Assembly (NCBI RefSeq): GCF_000189295.2
Contig: NC_016803.1
Location: 1,170,001 to 1,202,000 of the forward strand
Length of the DNA: 32,000 bases
Direction of reading: 5' to 3'
Source of the DNA: Pseudodesulfovibrio mercurii
Lineage (GTDB): Bacteria; Desulfobacterota; Desulfovibrionia; Desulfovibrionales; Desulfovibrionaceae
The notes beneath the pieces are model-generated. The model made no database searches. It was not told the DNA's origin and saw nothing but the letters and a program-made list of their open reading frames with translations. Position 1 is the first letter of the stretch, and every line of letters starts with the position of its first letter. Position numbers and translations under genes: made by a program. Of the stretch, positions 17,202-24,911 are shown piece after piece.

Positions 17202-17937
17202 GGTCCAGGCCCGCCGCCCGCGCATGACGGGCAAGGTCGTGGTCGGCATGGATACGCCCGGTCCCGACGAAATGACCATCCAGGAACTGGAGGGCAAGCG
17301 CCAGCTCATCTGGGACGAGTCCACCAACGAGGAGTACCTGGCCCGCGTGCGCGAAAAGGCCCGGGACGCGGCCAAGGAGATCAAGATGCTGGCCGAGCTG
17401 GAGGCCGAGGCGTTGCGCGCCACGGCCCGGCACGAGGGCTACTCCCAGGGGCTGGCCGAAGCCCAGGAGTTCGTGGACCGGCACATCCGCGACATCTCGG
17501 CCAAGGCCGAGGCCCTGTTCGCCCAACTCGGGGCCCAGGGCGACAAGATTTACCAGACCCGGCGGCAGGACGTGGTCCGGCTCATCCGCCTGGCGCTGTC
17601 CAAGACCCTCAAGGTGGAGCTGAGCGAGAAGCGCACCGAGTCGCTGCACGCCCTGATGACCGAGGCCCTGGAGCGCATCGACGCCCAGCGGCGCATCGAG
17701 ATCCGCTGCAACCCCGAGGAGACAGAGGAGCTGGACGAATTCGTGCGCACCATCCAGGACCGCAACCCGTCGCTGAAGTACTGGGTGGTCAAGGCCGACC
17801 CCGCCATCGAGCTGGGCGGCGTGGTCGTGGAGGCCGAGGGGGGCAAGGTGGACAACACCATCGAGACCCGCTGGAAATCCGTGGAGCCCCTGTTCGACCA
17901 GCTGGCCGAACAGATCACCGCCGACGACAAGGACTAG
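17188..17937 (+). CDS. fliH: flagellar assembly protein FliH
   Basis: Its position between fliG and fliI, the coiled-coil N-terminus and a FliH/YscL-like C-terminus support the call. ATG 17188 has GAGG 8 nt upstream; the track's GTG 17179 is an alternative. It overlaps the fliG stop. Confidence 0.75.
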   Translation: MSLSKVQARRPRMTGKVVVGMDTPGPDEMTIQELEGKRQLIWDESTNEEYLARVREKARDAAKEIKMLAELEAEALRATARHEGYSQGLAEAQEFVDRHIRDISAKAEALFAQLGAQGDKIYQTRRQDVVRLIRLALSKTLKVELSEKRTESLHALMTEALERIDAQRRIEIRCNPEETEELDEFVRTIQDRNPSLKYWVVKADPAIELGGVVVEAEGGKVDNTIETRWKSVEPLFDQLAEQITADDKD

Positions 17938-17938
17938 C

Positions 17939-19363
17939 ATGGACGCGGATTCGAAGCTCGGACTGCTCGAAGACCTCGATCCCTGCCAGACCTTCGGCAA
18001 GGTCACCAAGGTGGTCGGCCTCATCGCCGAGGGGCACGGCATCAAGGCCCCGCTCGGCTCGGTCTGCTATCTCCTGCCCTCGGGCCACGAGCCCATCCCG
18101 GCCGAGGTGGTCGGCTTCCGCGACGGGGCCTGCCTGTTCATGCCCTACTCGGACATGCGCGGCATCGGGCCCGGATCGCTCATCCAGAATGCGGCCACCC
18201 CGCCGCACGTGCCGGTGGGTCCCGCCCTGCTCGGCCGGGCCGTGGACGCCTTCGGCGCCCCCCTGGACGGCAAGGGCCCGATCCACGCCCAGACCTTCGC
18301 CCCCCTGCACCGCGAGCCGCCCAACCCACTGGAGCGCCCGCGCATCAACCAACCCCTGGACGTGGGCATCCGCTCGGTCAACGCCCTGTTGACCCTGGGC
18401 AAGGGCCAGCGCGTGGGCATCATGGCCGGTTCCGGCGTGGGCAAGTCCACGACGCTCGGCATGATGGCCCGCTACACCAAGGCGGACGTCAACGTCATCG
18501 CCCTGGTGGGCGAGCGCGGCAGGGAGGTGGTGGAATTCATGGAGCGCGACCTCGGCCCCGAGGGCATGGCCCGTAGCGTGCTGGTGGTGGCCACCTCGGA
18601 CAAGAGCCCGCTCATCCGCATGCGCGCGGCCTACGCCGCCACGGCAGTGGCCGAATATTTCCGGGACCAGGGCAAGGACGTGCTGCTGATGATGGACTCG
18701 GTCACGCGATTCGCCATGGCGGGCCGCGAGGTCGGCCTGGCCGCCGGCGAACCGCCCACGCGCGGCGGCTACACCCCGTCGGTCTTCGCCCACCTGCCCC
18801 AGCTCCTGGAGCGCGCGGGCAAGAACCGCAAGGGGTCCATCACCGGCGTCTACACGGTCCTGGTGGACGGCGACGACTTCACCGAGCCCATCGCGGACTC
18901 CACCCGGTCCATCCTGGACGGGCACATCGTCCTGACCCGCGAACTGGCCGACCTGGGCCACTACCCGGCCATCGACGTGCTCCGGTCCATCAGCCGTCTC
19001 AGAAGCGACATCACCACCAAGGAGGCCCAGGCGGACGGCCGGGCCCTGCTCCGGCACATGGCCACCTTCAAGCGCGTGGAGGACATGGTCAACATCGGGG
19101 CGTACCAGAAGGGGGCCAACCCCGAGGTGGACAAGGCCATCAACATGGTCGGGCCCATCAACCGCTTCCTGCGCCAGCTGGTGGAGGAACAAGAGACCCT
19201 GGACGGGGCGTTCAAGGCCATGCACGAACTGGTGGCCGAAGCCCCGGAGACGCCGCCCAAGCAGGCCGCGCCGCAGCCCCAGGCCAAGCCGAGACAGCAG
19301 CTCAAGAAAGCCCCGCCGCGCAAGGGAGCCCCACCCCCCACCGTGAAGATGCGCGGCCGCTAG
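17939..19363 (+). CDS. fliI: flagellum-specific ATPase FliI
   Basis: Walker A (AGSGVGKST), Walker B (LLMMDSVTRFA) and overall F1/T3SS-ATPase similarity. A Pro/Lys/Ala-rich C-terminal extension of about 40 aa is present. Confidence 0.92.
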   Translation: MDADSKLGLLEDLDPCQTFGKVTKVVGLIAEGHGIKAPLGSVCYLLPSGHEPIPAEVVGFRDGACLFMPYSDMRGIGPGSLIQNAATPPHVPVGPALLGRAVDAFGAPLDGKGPIHAQTFAPLHREPPNPLERPRINQPLDVGIRSVNALLTLGKGQRVGIMAGSGVGKSTTLGMMARYTKADVNVIALVGERGREVVEFMERDLGPEGMARSVLVVATSDKSPLIRMRAAYAATAVAEYFRDQGKDVLLMMDSVTRFAMAGREVGLAAGEPPTRGGYTPSVFAHLPQLLERAGKNRKGSITGVYTVLVDGDDFTEPIADSTRSILDGHIVLTRELADLGHYPAIDVLRSISRLRSDITTKEAQADGRALLRHMATFKRVEDMVNIGAYQKGANPEVDKAINMVGPINRFLRQLVEEQETLDGAFKAMHELVAEAPETPPKQAAPQPQAKPRQQLKKAPPRKGAPPPTVKMRGR

Positions 19364-21519
19364 AAAATCCCGAGAAACTTCTTCCGCTCCGGCTCTTCGG
19401 CCTGGTCCCCGTCCTCGCAGCAGGACTTGTCCAGGGCCGAGCCCACGCCCTTGACCACGTTCTTGACCCCGCCGAGCACCGTGCCCACGGTATCGACCAC
19501 CACGCCGCCCAGGGCCTTGGCGTACTCCTTGACCGACACCCAGTAGTGCGGCTTGTCCAGGGTTCCGGTGACGTGGATGGGGACCATGACCCCGAACAAT
19601 TCGTCCGACGACTTGCCGCCCTGCCCCTGGCCGGTGGGCACCAGCTTGGCCTTGACCATGTAATCGATCTGGCGGGTGACCAGGGAGAACGCGCCATGGC
19701 CGTCCGCGCGCAGGCCCGGGGCCATGACCTCCAGGTCCTGGTTGGTGACCACGCCGTCCTTGATGGTCCCGGTGCCGGTGATGGAGCCGAACTTGGTGGA
19801 ATCGGCATGGTCGGACTCCACCGTGTCCCGCCCCTTGGCCGTCTGGGTGGTCCGGGCCATGCCGACCAGGTCCACGCCCGGAAACACGCCGTCGGACAGC
19901 TTGAAGGTGAACTCGCCGCCCAGGGTGCCGAGCAGATCCTTCATGCGCTCGCCCTGCGCGTTCAGGCTGGAGGTGTAGTCCGCGATGCCCGCGTATTCGC
20001 TCTTGCCGGTCACGTCGCCCGCCAGCGCACCCACGTCCAGATGGACCACCTCCGAGCGGATCCGGACCACGGGCGCGCCCTGCCGGGCGTCCACCGTGCC
20101 GGAGACCTTGACGGTGCCGCCGTAGGCCTCGGCGACCATCGGATCGACGGTCACCAGGCCGCCTTCGGCCTTGGCCGTCACGGCCGTCTTGCCGAGCTTC
20201 GCCCCGCCGATCTTGACCCCGGCCGCATTGGCGTCCAGGTCGAATTCGAGCCGCCGGATCACGCCCGCGGGCAGGACCGTGTCGTCCAGCCCACCCGCCT
20301 TGGCCTGTTCCTGGGCCGCGCCCTCGTTCTCGCCGTGCTTGGGCGGCAGGTAGCGGTCCAGGTCCACCTCGCCCGCGTCCACCTGCGCCGTGATCCGGGG
20401 CCACGCCCGGCCCCGCTCCACCGTGCCCTTGCCCACGATGCGGCAGCCGTCCACGGACAGCTCCACGTCGTCCAGGGCCAGCCGCCCGGTTTTGAAATTC
20501 ACCTTGGCCGTGCCGCCCACCTCGGTCAGGGCCTTGGGATCGGCGGTGTTCGGGGCCGGTGCGCCCAGGGCCGCGAACACGGTGCGCAGGTCGGCCGGTT
20601 GCAGGGTCAGGCTGGCCGTGGCCGCCTTGAGCCCGTCGGTCAGCCCCCGGATGGTGCCGTCGGCCAGGAGCGTGGCCCCGTAGGCCGTGCACTCCAGCCC
20701 CGTGACCTGGGCCGTCTCCTTGTTGAAGTCCAGGGCCAAAAACTGGAAGTTCAGTTTCCCGTCCAGAACGCCGCCGGGGATGGCCGCGCCCGTGGCCTTG
20801 ACCGTGGCGTGCACGTCCATGTGCCCGTACTGGCGGCTCGCCAGATCGATGGAGGACTTGCCCTCAAGGGTCAGCGCGCCCTTGGCGTCGGGCTTGCTGC
20901 AGTCGAAATTCACGGACAGCTTGACCGGAAACAGCCCGCCCTTGCTGATGGCCCCGGTGGTCACGTCCAGGCCGCGCAGGAGGAACCGGGTGTCCGACTT
21001 GCGGTCGTCCCAGGACAGGGAGCCGTTGCGCACGGCCACGCCCGCCACGTCCAGGTCGAAGGTGCCCGACCCGGCGTCCTCGTCCTGGTCGGCCTTGTCC
21101 GCCTTGTCCGGCTCGCGGCCCACCAGGTCGTCCCAGTTGGCCCCGCCCTTTTCGTCGCGGCCCAGGTTCAGGACCGGGCCGTCCAACTCCAATCGGTTAA
21201 ACCGGACCTTGCCCATGAGCAGAGGCAGGAGGCGCACGGTCACGCGGGCCGAACGCACCGAGGCCATGGGCGCGGGTCCAAACCCCTCGGCGTTGCTCAG
21301 GGAGAGCCCGCCCAGGGTCACGCCCAGGCCGGGGAAGAAGGTCAGGGAAATGTCGCCGTCAAAAGTCAGGGTCCTGCCCGTCTCCTTGAGCACGGCCTGG
21401 CTGATGCGGCCCTTGTAGTCGTTGGGATCGAACACGGCCGCAAAGATCACGGCCGAAATGACGAACAGGACGAGACATACGCCCAGGCCGATCAGCCCGA
21501 ATTTCAGGAAGTTGCCCAT
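19360..21519 (-). CDS. AsmA family outer-membrane assembly protein
   Basis: The true start is MGNFLKFGLIGLGVCLVLF (signal anchor). It is followed by the AsmA N-terminal motif FDPNDYKGRISQAVLKETGRTLTFDGDISLTFFPGLGV and a long beta-rich repetitive body. The upstream 117 codons of track ORF 19360..21870 are an artefact overlapping merR. Confidence 0.8.
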   Translation of the reverse strand: MGNFLKFGLIGLGVCLVLFVISAVIFAAVFDPNDYKGRISQAVLKETGRTLTFDGDISLTFFPGLGVTLGGLSLSNAEGFGPAPMASVRSARVTVRLLPLLMGKVRFNRLELDGPVLNLGRDEKGGANWDDLVGREPDKADKADQDEDAGSGTFDLDVAGVAVRNGSLSWDDRKSDTRFLLRGLDVTTGAISKGGLFPVKLSVNFDCSKPDAKGALTLEGKSSIDLASRQYGHMDVHATVKATGAAIPGGVLDGKLNFQFLALDFNKETAQVTGLECTAYGATLLADGTIRGLTDGLKAATASLTLQPADLRTVFAALGAPAPNTADPKALTEVGGTAKVNFKTGRLALDDVELSVDGCRIVGKGTVERGRAWPRITAQVDAGEVDLDRYLPPKHGENEGAAQEQAKAGGLDDTVLPAGVIRRLEFDLDANAAGVKIGGAKLGKTAVTAKAEGGLVTVDPMVAEAYGGTVKVSGTVDARQGAPVVRIRSEVVHLDVGALAGDVTGKSEYAGIADYTSSLNAQGERMKDLLGTLGGEFTFKLSDGVFPGVDLVGMARTTQTAKGRDTVESDHADSTKFGSITGTGTIKDGVVTNQDLEVMAPGLRADGHGAFSLVTRQIDYMVKAKLVPTGQGQGGKSSDELFGVMVPIHVTGTLDKPHYWVSVKEYAKALGGVVVDTVGTVLGGVKNVVKGVGSALDKSCCEDGDQAEEPERKKFLGIF

Positions 21520-21545
21520 GGTCCGCCCCTTTGCGGCCTGCCCCG

Positions 21546-21854
21546 CTAACGTCTCAGCAGGTTCCGGATGGCCAGCAGCTCGTCGCGCACCTCGCCCAAA
21601 ATGTCGGCGTGCTCGCGGCTGCGCAGTTTCTTCTTGGCCCCGTCGATGGTCAGCCCCTCGTCGTACAGGAGCCGCTTTATCTCGCGGATGATCTCCAGGT
21701 GCTCCTCGGTGTACAGCCGCTGCCCGCTCTCGGTGCGGATGGGGTCGATCTCGTCGAACTCGCCCTCCCAGAACCGGAGCACGTAGGTCTTGACCCCTAT
21801 GGCCTTGGCGGCCTGGCCGATCTTGTACCGTTTGAATTCCTGCAAATCTTCCAT
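21546..21854 (-). CDS. MerR-family transcriptional regulator (short form, HTH plus coiled coil only)
   Basis: 102 aa. YKIGQAAKAIGVKTYVLRFWEGEF...R.ESGQRLYTEEHLEII..IKRLL is the MerR HTH/wing signature. It ends 26 nt upstream of asmA. Confidence 0.85.
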   Translation of the reverse strand: MEDLQEFKRYKIGQAAKAIGVKTYVLRFWEGEFDEIDPIRTESGQRLYTEEHLEIIREIKRLLYDEGLTIDGAKKKLRSREHADILGEVRDELLAIRNLLRR

Positions 21855-21905
21855 CCCACACCCCTACCAAATCCCCCCGCCGCCTTCAACAAGGTTCAGG
21901 AGAAA

Positions 21906-22215
21906 GATGCCTCCGGCGGCCGGGGGAAGGGGAGAGGGGAACCCTTTGAAAAGGGTTTCCCCTCTCCCCTTCCCCCGAACCCCCATCCCCTCTCCCTTCC
22001 TAAACTTTTTAGCGCCGCTTCGCGGGGTGGGGGGCGGGTGTCTTTTGGGTCCGGCCCAAATCCGTGCGGCAGCGGTACAAAAGATAAAGAAGCACGGATG
22101 GTGCGCACGCACGGCCTTGCCGAAGGCACCCAAAAAGTTCTGGAGATTCTTAAGAACCTCTTCCAAGAGGTTCTTAAGCGGGGCCTGGGGCGGCGCCCCG
22201 GCCGCCGGAGGCATC
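21906..22215. mobile_element. MITE-like non-coding element with perfect 20-bp terminal inverted repeats
   Basis: GATGCCTCCGGCGGCCGGGG at 21906-21925 is exactly reverse-complemented at 22196-22215. The interior holds a 24-bp hairpin, poly-pyrimidine tracts and a 14-2-14 palindrome. There is no credible ORF. I saw no target-site duplication. Confidence 0.5.
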
Positions 22216-22223
22216 AGCGCGAC

Positions 22224-22258
22224 GCAAAAAGGCCCCGATCCTTGCGGAACGGGGCCTT
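22224..22258 (-). terminator. rho-independent terminator of pheT
   Basis: On the minus strand: AAGGCCCCG, a 12-nt loop, CGGGGCCTT, then TTTGCG. It lies 20 nt after the pheT stop. Confidence 0.6.
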
Positions 22259-22277
22259 GTCTTCGTATTCGCGCCGC

Positions 22278-24680
22278 CTAGAAGCGGATGGGCAGGTTCT
22301 TGGCCAGGGCGTCCAGGATGGTCTGGTGCTCCTTGTCCACCTGCTTGTCCTTGAGGGTCTTGGACGGCGAACGGTAGGTCAGGCGGAAGGACAGGTTGCG
22401 CTCCTCGTCCTGGCCCTGGGGCACGAACTCGGCCACCAGCTCCACGGATTCGAGGATGTCCACGCCCGCGGACCGGATGGTATCGAGGATGGCGTCGGCG
22501 TGCAGGGTCACCGGGCCGATGACGGTCACGTCGCGGCGGCTGGGCGGGAAGACCGGCAGCGGCCGGAAGCCGATGCGGTGGGCGTCGACCATCTCGCGCA
22601 GCTGGTCCAGGTTGAAGTCGGCCAGCCAGACCTCCTTGCGGGCGTGGTAGAAGTCGGCCATGTCCTCGCGCACCCGGCCCATGAGGCCCACGGGTTCGCC
22701 GGAAACGGCCACCTGCACGCACGGCTCGAGATAGGGATGCTCACCCTCGGCCAGGGTGAAGACCGGGGCTTCGAGCTTGAGGGTGTCGGCCAGCAGGTGC
22801 TCCACGTGGCCCTTGAGGTCCAGGTAGTCCGCGTCGCCGTGGGTCCAGGGCCATTCCTCGGCGTGACGCGGGCCGTAGAGCAACAGGCCCAGGCGATTCT
22901 GCTCACGGGTCTCGGTTTCCGAGGTCTCGTCGCGCAGGAACTGCTTGGCCACCTCGAACAGGCGGATGTGGTTGTTGCCCTTGGCCAGGTTGTGCTTCAG
23001 GGCGCTGAGCAGGCCGGGGGCCAGCTCGGTGCGCATGACGTTCTGTTCCTCGGACAGGGGATTGGCGATGTACACGCGGCCCTCGGCGGGCAGATGCAGC
23101 CGGTCGAGGTTCTCGGAGCCGGTGAAGCTGTAGTTGATGGTCTCGTTCAGCCCCACGCCGCGGCCCCATTCCTTGACCCGGCGGATGAAATGATAGACCG
23201 GGGTTCCGGCCACGCCCTCCAGGGACTTGGACACACGGGGCAGCACCGCCGGGATGCGGTCCAGTCCGTAGACCCGGCCGACCTCCTCGTACAGGTCCAC
23301 CTCGCGCTCCAGGTCCAGGCGATGGGACGGGGAGTTCACGGTCCAGTTGTCCGGGTTCGCGTCGTCCACGGTGCAGCCCTCAAGCTCGAAGACCTTCTTG
23401 GCGAAGGCCGGCTCCAGGTCCAGACCGAGCAGGGACATGCAGCGCTTGTGGCGGTAGCCGTGGGAACGGTCCTGCCACGGCCGGGGCTCGTTGGTGACCA
23501 CGCCCTTCAGGACGGTGCCGCCCGAGGTCTCGGCCATGAGCTGGGCCGCGCGGTCGATGCAGAAACGGTTGAGCTGCTGGTCCACACCGCGCTCGAAGCG
23601 GTAGGACGCCTCGGACGGCAGGGCCAGGCGACGGGCGGTCTTGCGGATGGTGCCGGGGCGGAACACGGCGGCCTCCAGCAGAACATTGGTGGACCCGGCG
23701 TGCATTTCGGTATTGGAACCGCCCATGACGCCAGCCAGGCCCACGGCCCGCTTGCCGTCCCGGATGAGCAGGTCGTTGGACGTGAGCGTGCGCTCCACGT
23801 CGTCCAGGGTGGTGAACTTCATGCCCTCTTCGGCCAGGGCCACGCGCAGGGTGGCGTCCTCCACCAGGTCGAGGTCGTAGGAGTGCATGGGCTGACCCAG
23901 CTCGAACATGATGTAGTTGGTCACGTCCACGATGTTGGAGATGGGACGCTGGCCCAGGGCGAGCAGCTTGAAGCGCATCCAGTCCGGGGCCTTGCGGGTC
24001 TCCACGCCCTTGATGACGCGGCCGTTGAAAAGCGGGCAGTACTCGGGGTCGTCGATCAGGATCTTGATCACGTCGGCGGCATTGCCGCCGCCCTCGACCA
24101 GGTTGAGCGCGGGCATGGTCAGGGGCAGGTCGAAGGCCAGCGCGGTCTCGCGGGCGAAACCGAGGATGGACAGGCAGTCGGCGCGGTTGGGGGTGATGTC
24201 GAAGTCGAAGACCACCCGCTCCAGGTTCAGGGCGTCCACCAGCTTGTCGCCCACCTTGAGGGCGTCGTCCAGGACCCAGATGCCCTCGTGATCCTCGGAG
24301 AAGCCCAGCTCGCGCTCGGAGCAGATCATGCCCATGGACTTGACGCCCCGGAGCTTGGCCTTCTTGATCTTCGTGCCGTCGGGCATGGTCGTGCCCACCA
24401 GGGCCACGGGCACCTTCTGGCCCTTAGCCACGTTGGGCGCGCCGCAGACGATGGTCAGGGTCTCGGGCCCGCCCACGTCCACAGTGCAGACGGACAGGTG
24501 GTCGGACTCGGGGTGCGGCTCGCGCTCGGCCACAAAGCCGACCACGATGTCCTGCACGGCCTCAAAGGGATCGGTGATGCCGTCCAGCTCGAGCCCGAGC
24601 ATGGTCAGCTTGTCCCCGAGAACCTGGATGTCCCCCTCATAGGGGACGAATTCACGCAGCCAATTCAAGCTAACTAACAT
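22278..24680 (-). CDS. pheT: phenylalanine--tRNA ligase beta subunit
   Basis: 800 aa starting MLVSLNWLREFV. It has the tRNA-binding, B3/4, B5 and FDX-ACB domain order typical of PheT. Confidence 0.95.
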   Translation of the reverse strand: MLVSLNWLREFVPYEGDIQVLGDKLTMLGLELDGITDPFEAVQDIVVGFVAEREPHPESDHLSVCTVDVGGPETLTIVCGAPNVAKGQKVPVALVGTTMPDGTKIKKAKLRGVKSMGMICSERELGFSEDHEGIWVLDDALKVGDKLVDALNLERVVFDFDITPNRADCLSILGFARETALAFDLPLTMPALNLVEGGGNAADVIKILIDDPEYCPLFNGRVIKGVETRKAPDWMRFKLLALGQRPISNIVDVTNYIMFELGQPMHSYDLDLVEDATLRVALAEEGMKFTTLDDVERTLTSNDLLIRDGKRAVGLAGVMGGSNTEMHAGSTNVLLEAAVFRPGTIRKTARRLALPSEASYRFERGVDQQLNRFCIDRAAQLMAETSGGTVLKGVVTNEPRPWQDRSHGYRHKRCMSLLGLDLEPAFAKKVFELEGCTVDDANPDNWTVNSPSHRLDLEREVDLYEEVGRVYGLDRIPAVLPRVSKSLEGVAGTPVYHFIRRVKEWGRGVGLNETINYSFTGSENLDRLHLPAEGRVYIANPLSEEQNVMRTELAPGLLSALKHNLAKGNNHIRLFEVAKQFLRDETSETETREQNRLGLLLYGPRHAEEWPWTHGDADYLDLKGHVEHLLADTLKLEAPVFTLAEGEHPYLEPCVQVAVSGEPVGLMGRVREDMADFYHARKEVWLADFNLDQLREMVDAHRIGFRPLPVFPPSRRDVTVIGPVTLHADAILDTIRSAGVDILESVELVAEFVPQGQDEERNLSFRLTYRSPSKTLKDKQVDKEHQTILDALAKNLPIRF

Positions 24681-24684
24681 GGAG

Positions 24685-24801
24685 TGCCTCCGGCGGCCGG
24701 GGGAAGGGGAGAGGGGAACCCTTTGAAAAGGGCTTCCCCTCTCCCCTTCTCCCGGCCCCCCATCCCCTCTCCCCTCCTAAACTTTTTATGTGCGCTTCGC
24801 G
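24685..24801. repeat. 117-bp partial second copy of the 21906-22215 element (left end only)
   Basis: By manual alignment, 108 of 117 positions are identical to 21908-22024 in the same orientation. It begins 4 nt from the pheT ATG. Confidence 0.75.
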
Positions 24802-24911
24802 CAAGCCGGGAGAGGTGGAAAAGTTGTCTTCGTAAGGGATGAACCCTGTCGGGTTCAGTATTTCAACGGGGCACACGGGAAGGCTCACGCCCTCCCGTGC
24901 CGCCACAAAAT

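Noticed and set aside
14568-17423. Very long antisense ORFs opposite recognisable genes. Examples: 951 aa at 14568-17423 (-), 925 aa at 17915-20692 (-), 1048 aa at 21531-24677 (+), 610 aa at 1301-3133 (+), 649 aa at 4947-6896 (-), 545 aa at 7676-9313 (-), 584 aa at 9333-11087 (+), 553 aa at 27568-29229 (+), 425 aa at 3257-4534 (-).
   Set aside because: These are typical high-GC shadow ORFs. They are Arg/Gly/Ala/Pro/His/Asp-rich low-complexity translations with no recognisable motifs. Each lies exactly opposite a gene with clear family signatures (fliF/fliG, fliI/asmA, pheT, MCP, RNB, CDF, hflX, thrS, purH).
21790-22281. Small ORFs through the repeat elements giving similar Pro/Gly-rich peptides (…GEGKPFSKGSPLPFPRPPEA…), at 21790-22281 (+), 21864-22214 (-) and 21896-22129 (-), plus the same peptide at the end of 24670-25911 (-).
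   Set aside because: The similarity is a by-product of the nucleotide repeat. The reading frames run through a perfect hairpin, lack RBS context and are low-complexity.
21908-24801. A possible CRISPR array or other tandem array, because the same sequence of about 117 bp occurs twice.
   Set aside because: There are only two copies, 2.7 kb apart and separated by the pheT gene. There is no regular repeat-spacer periodicity and there are no cas genes.
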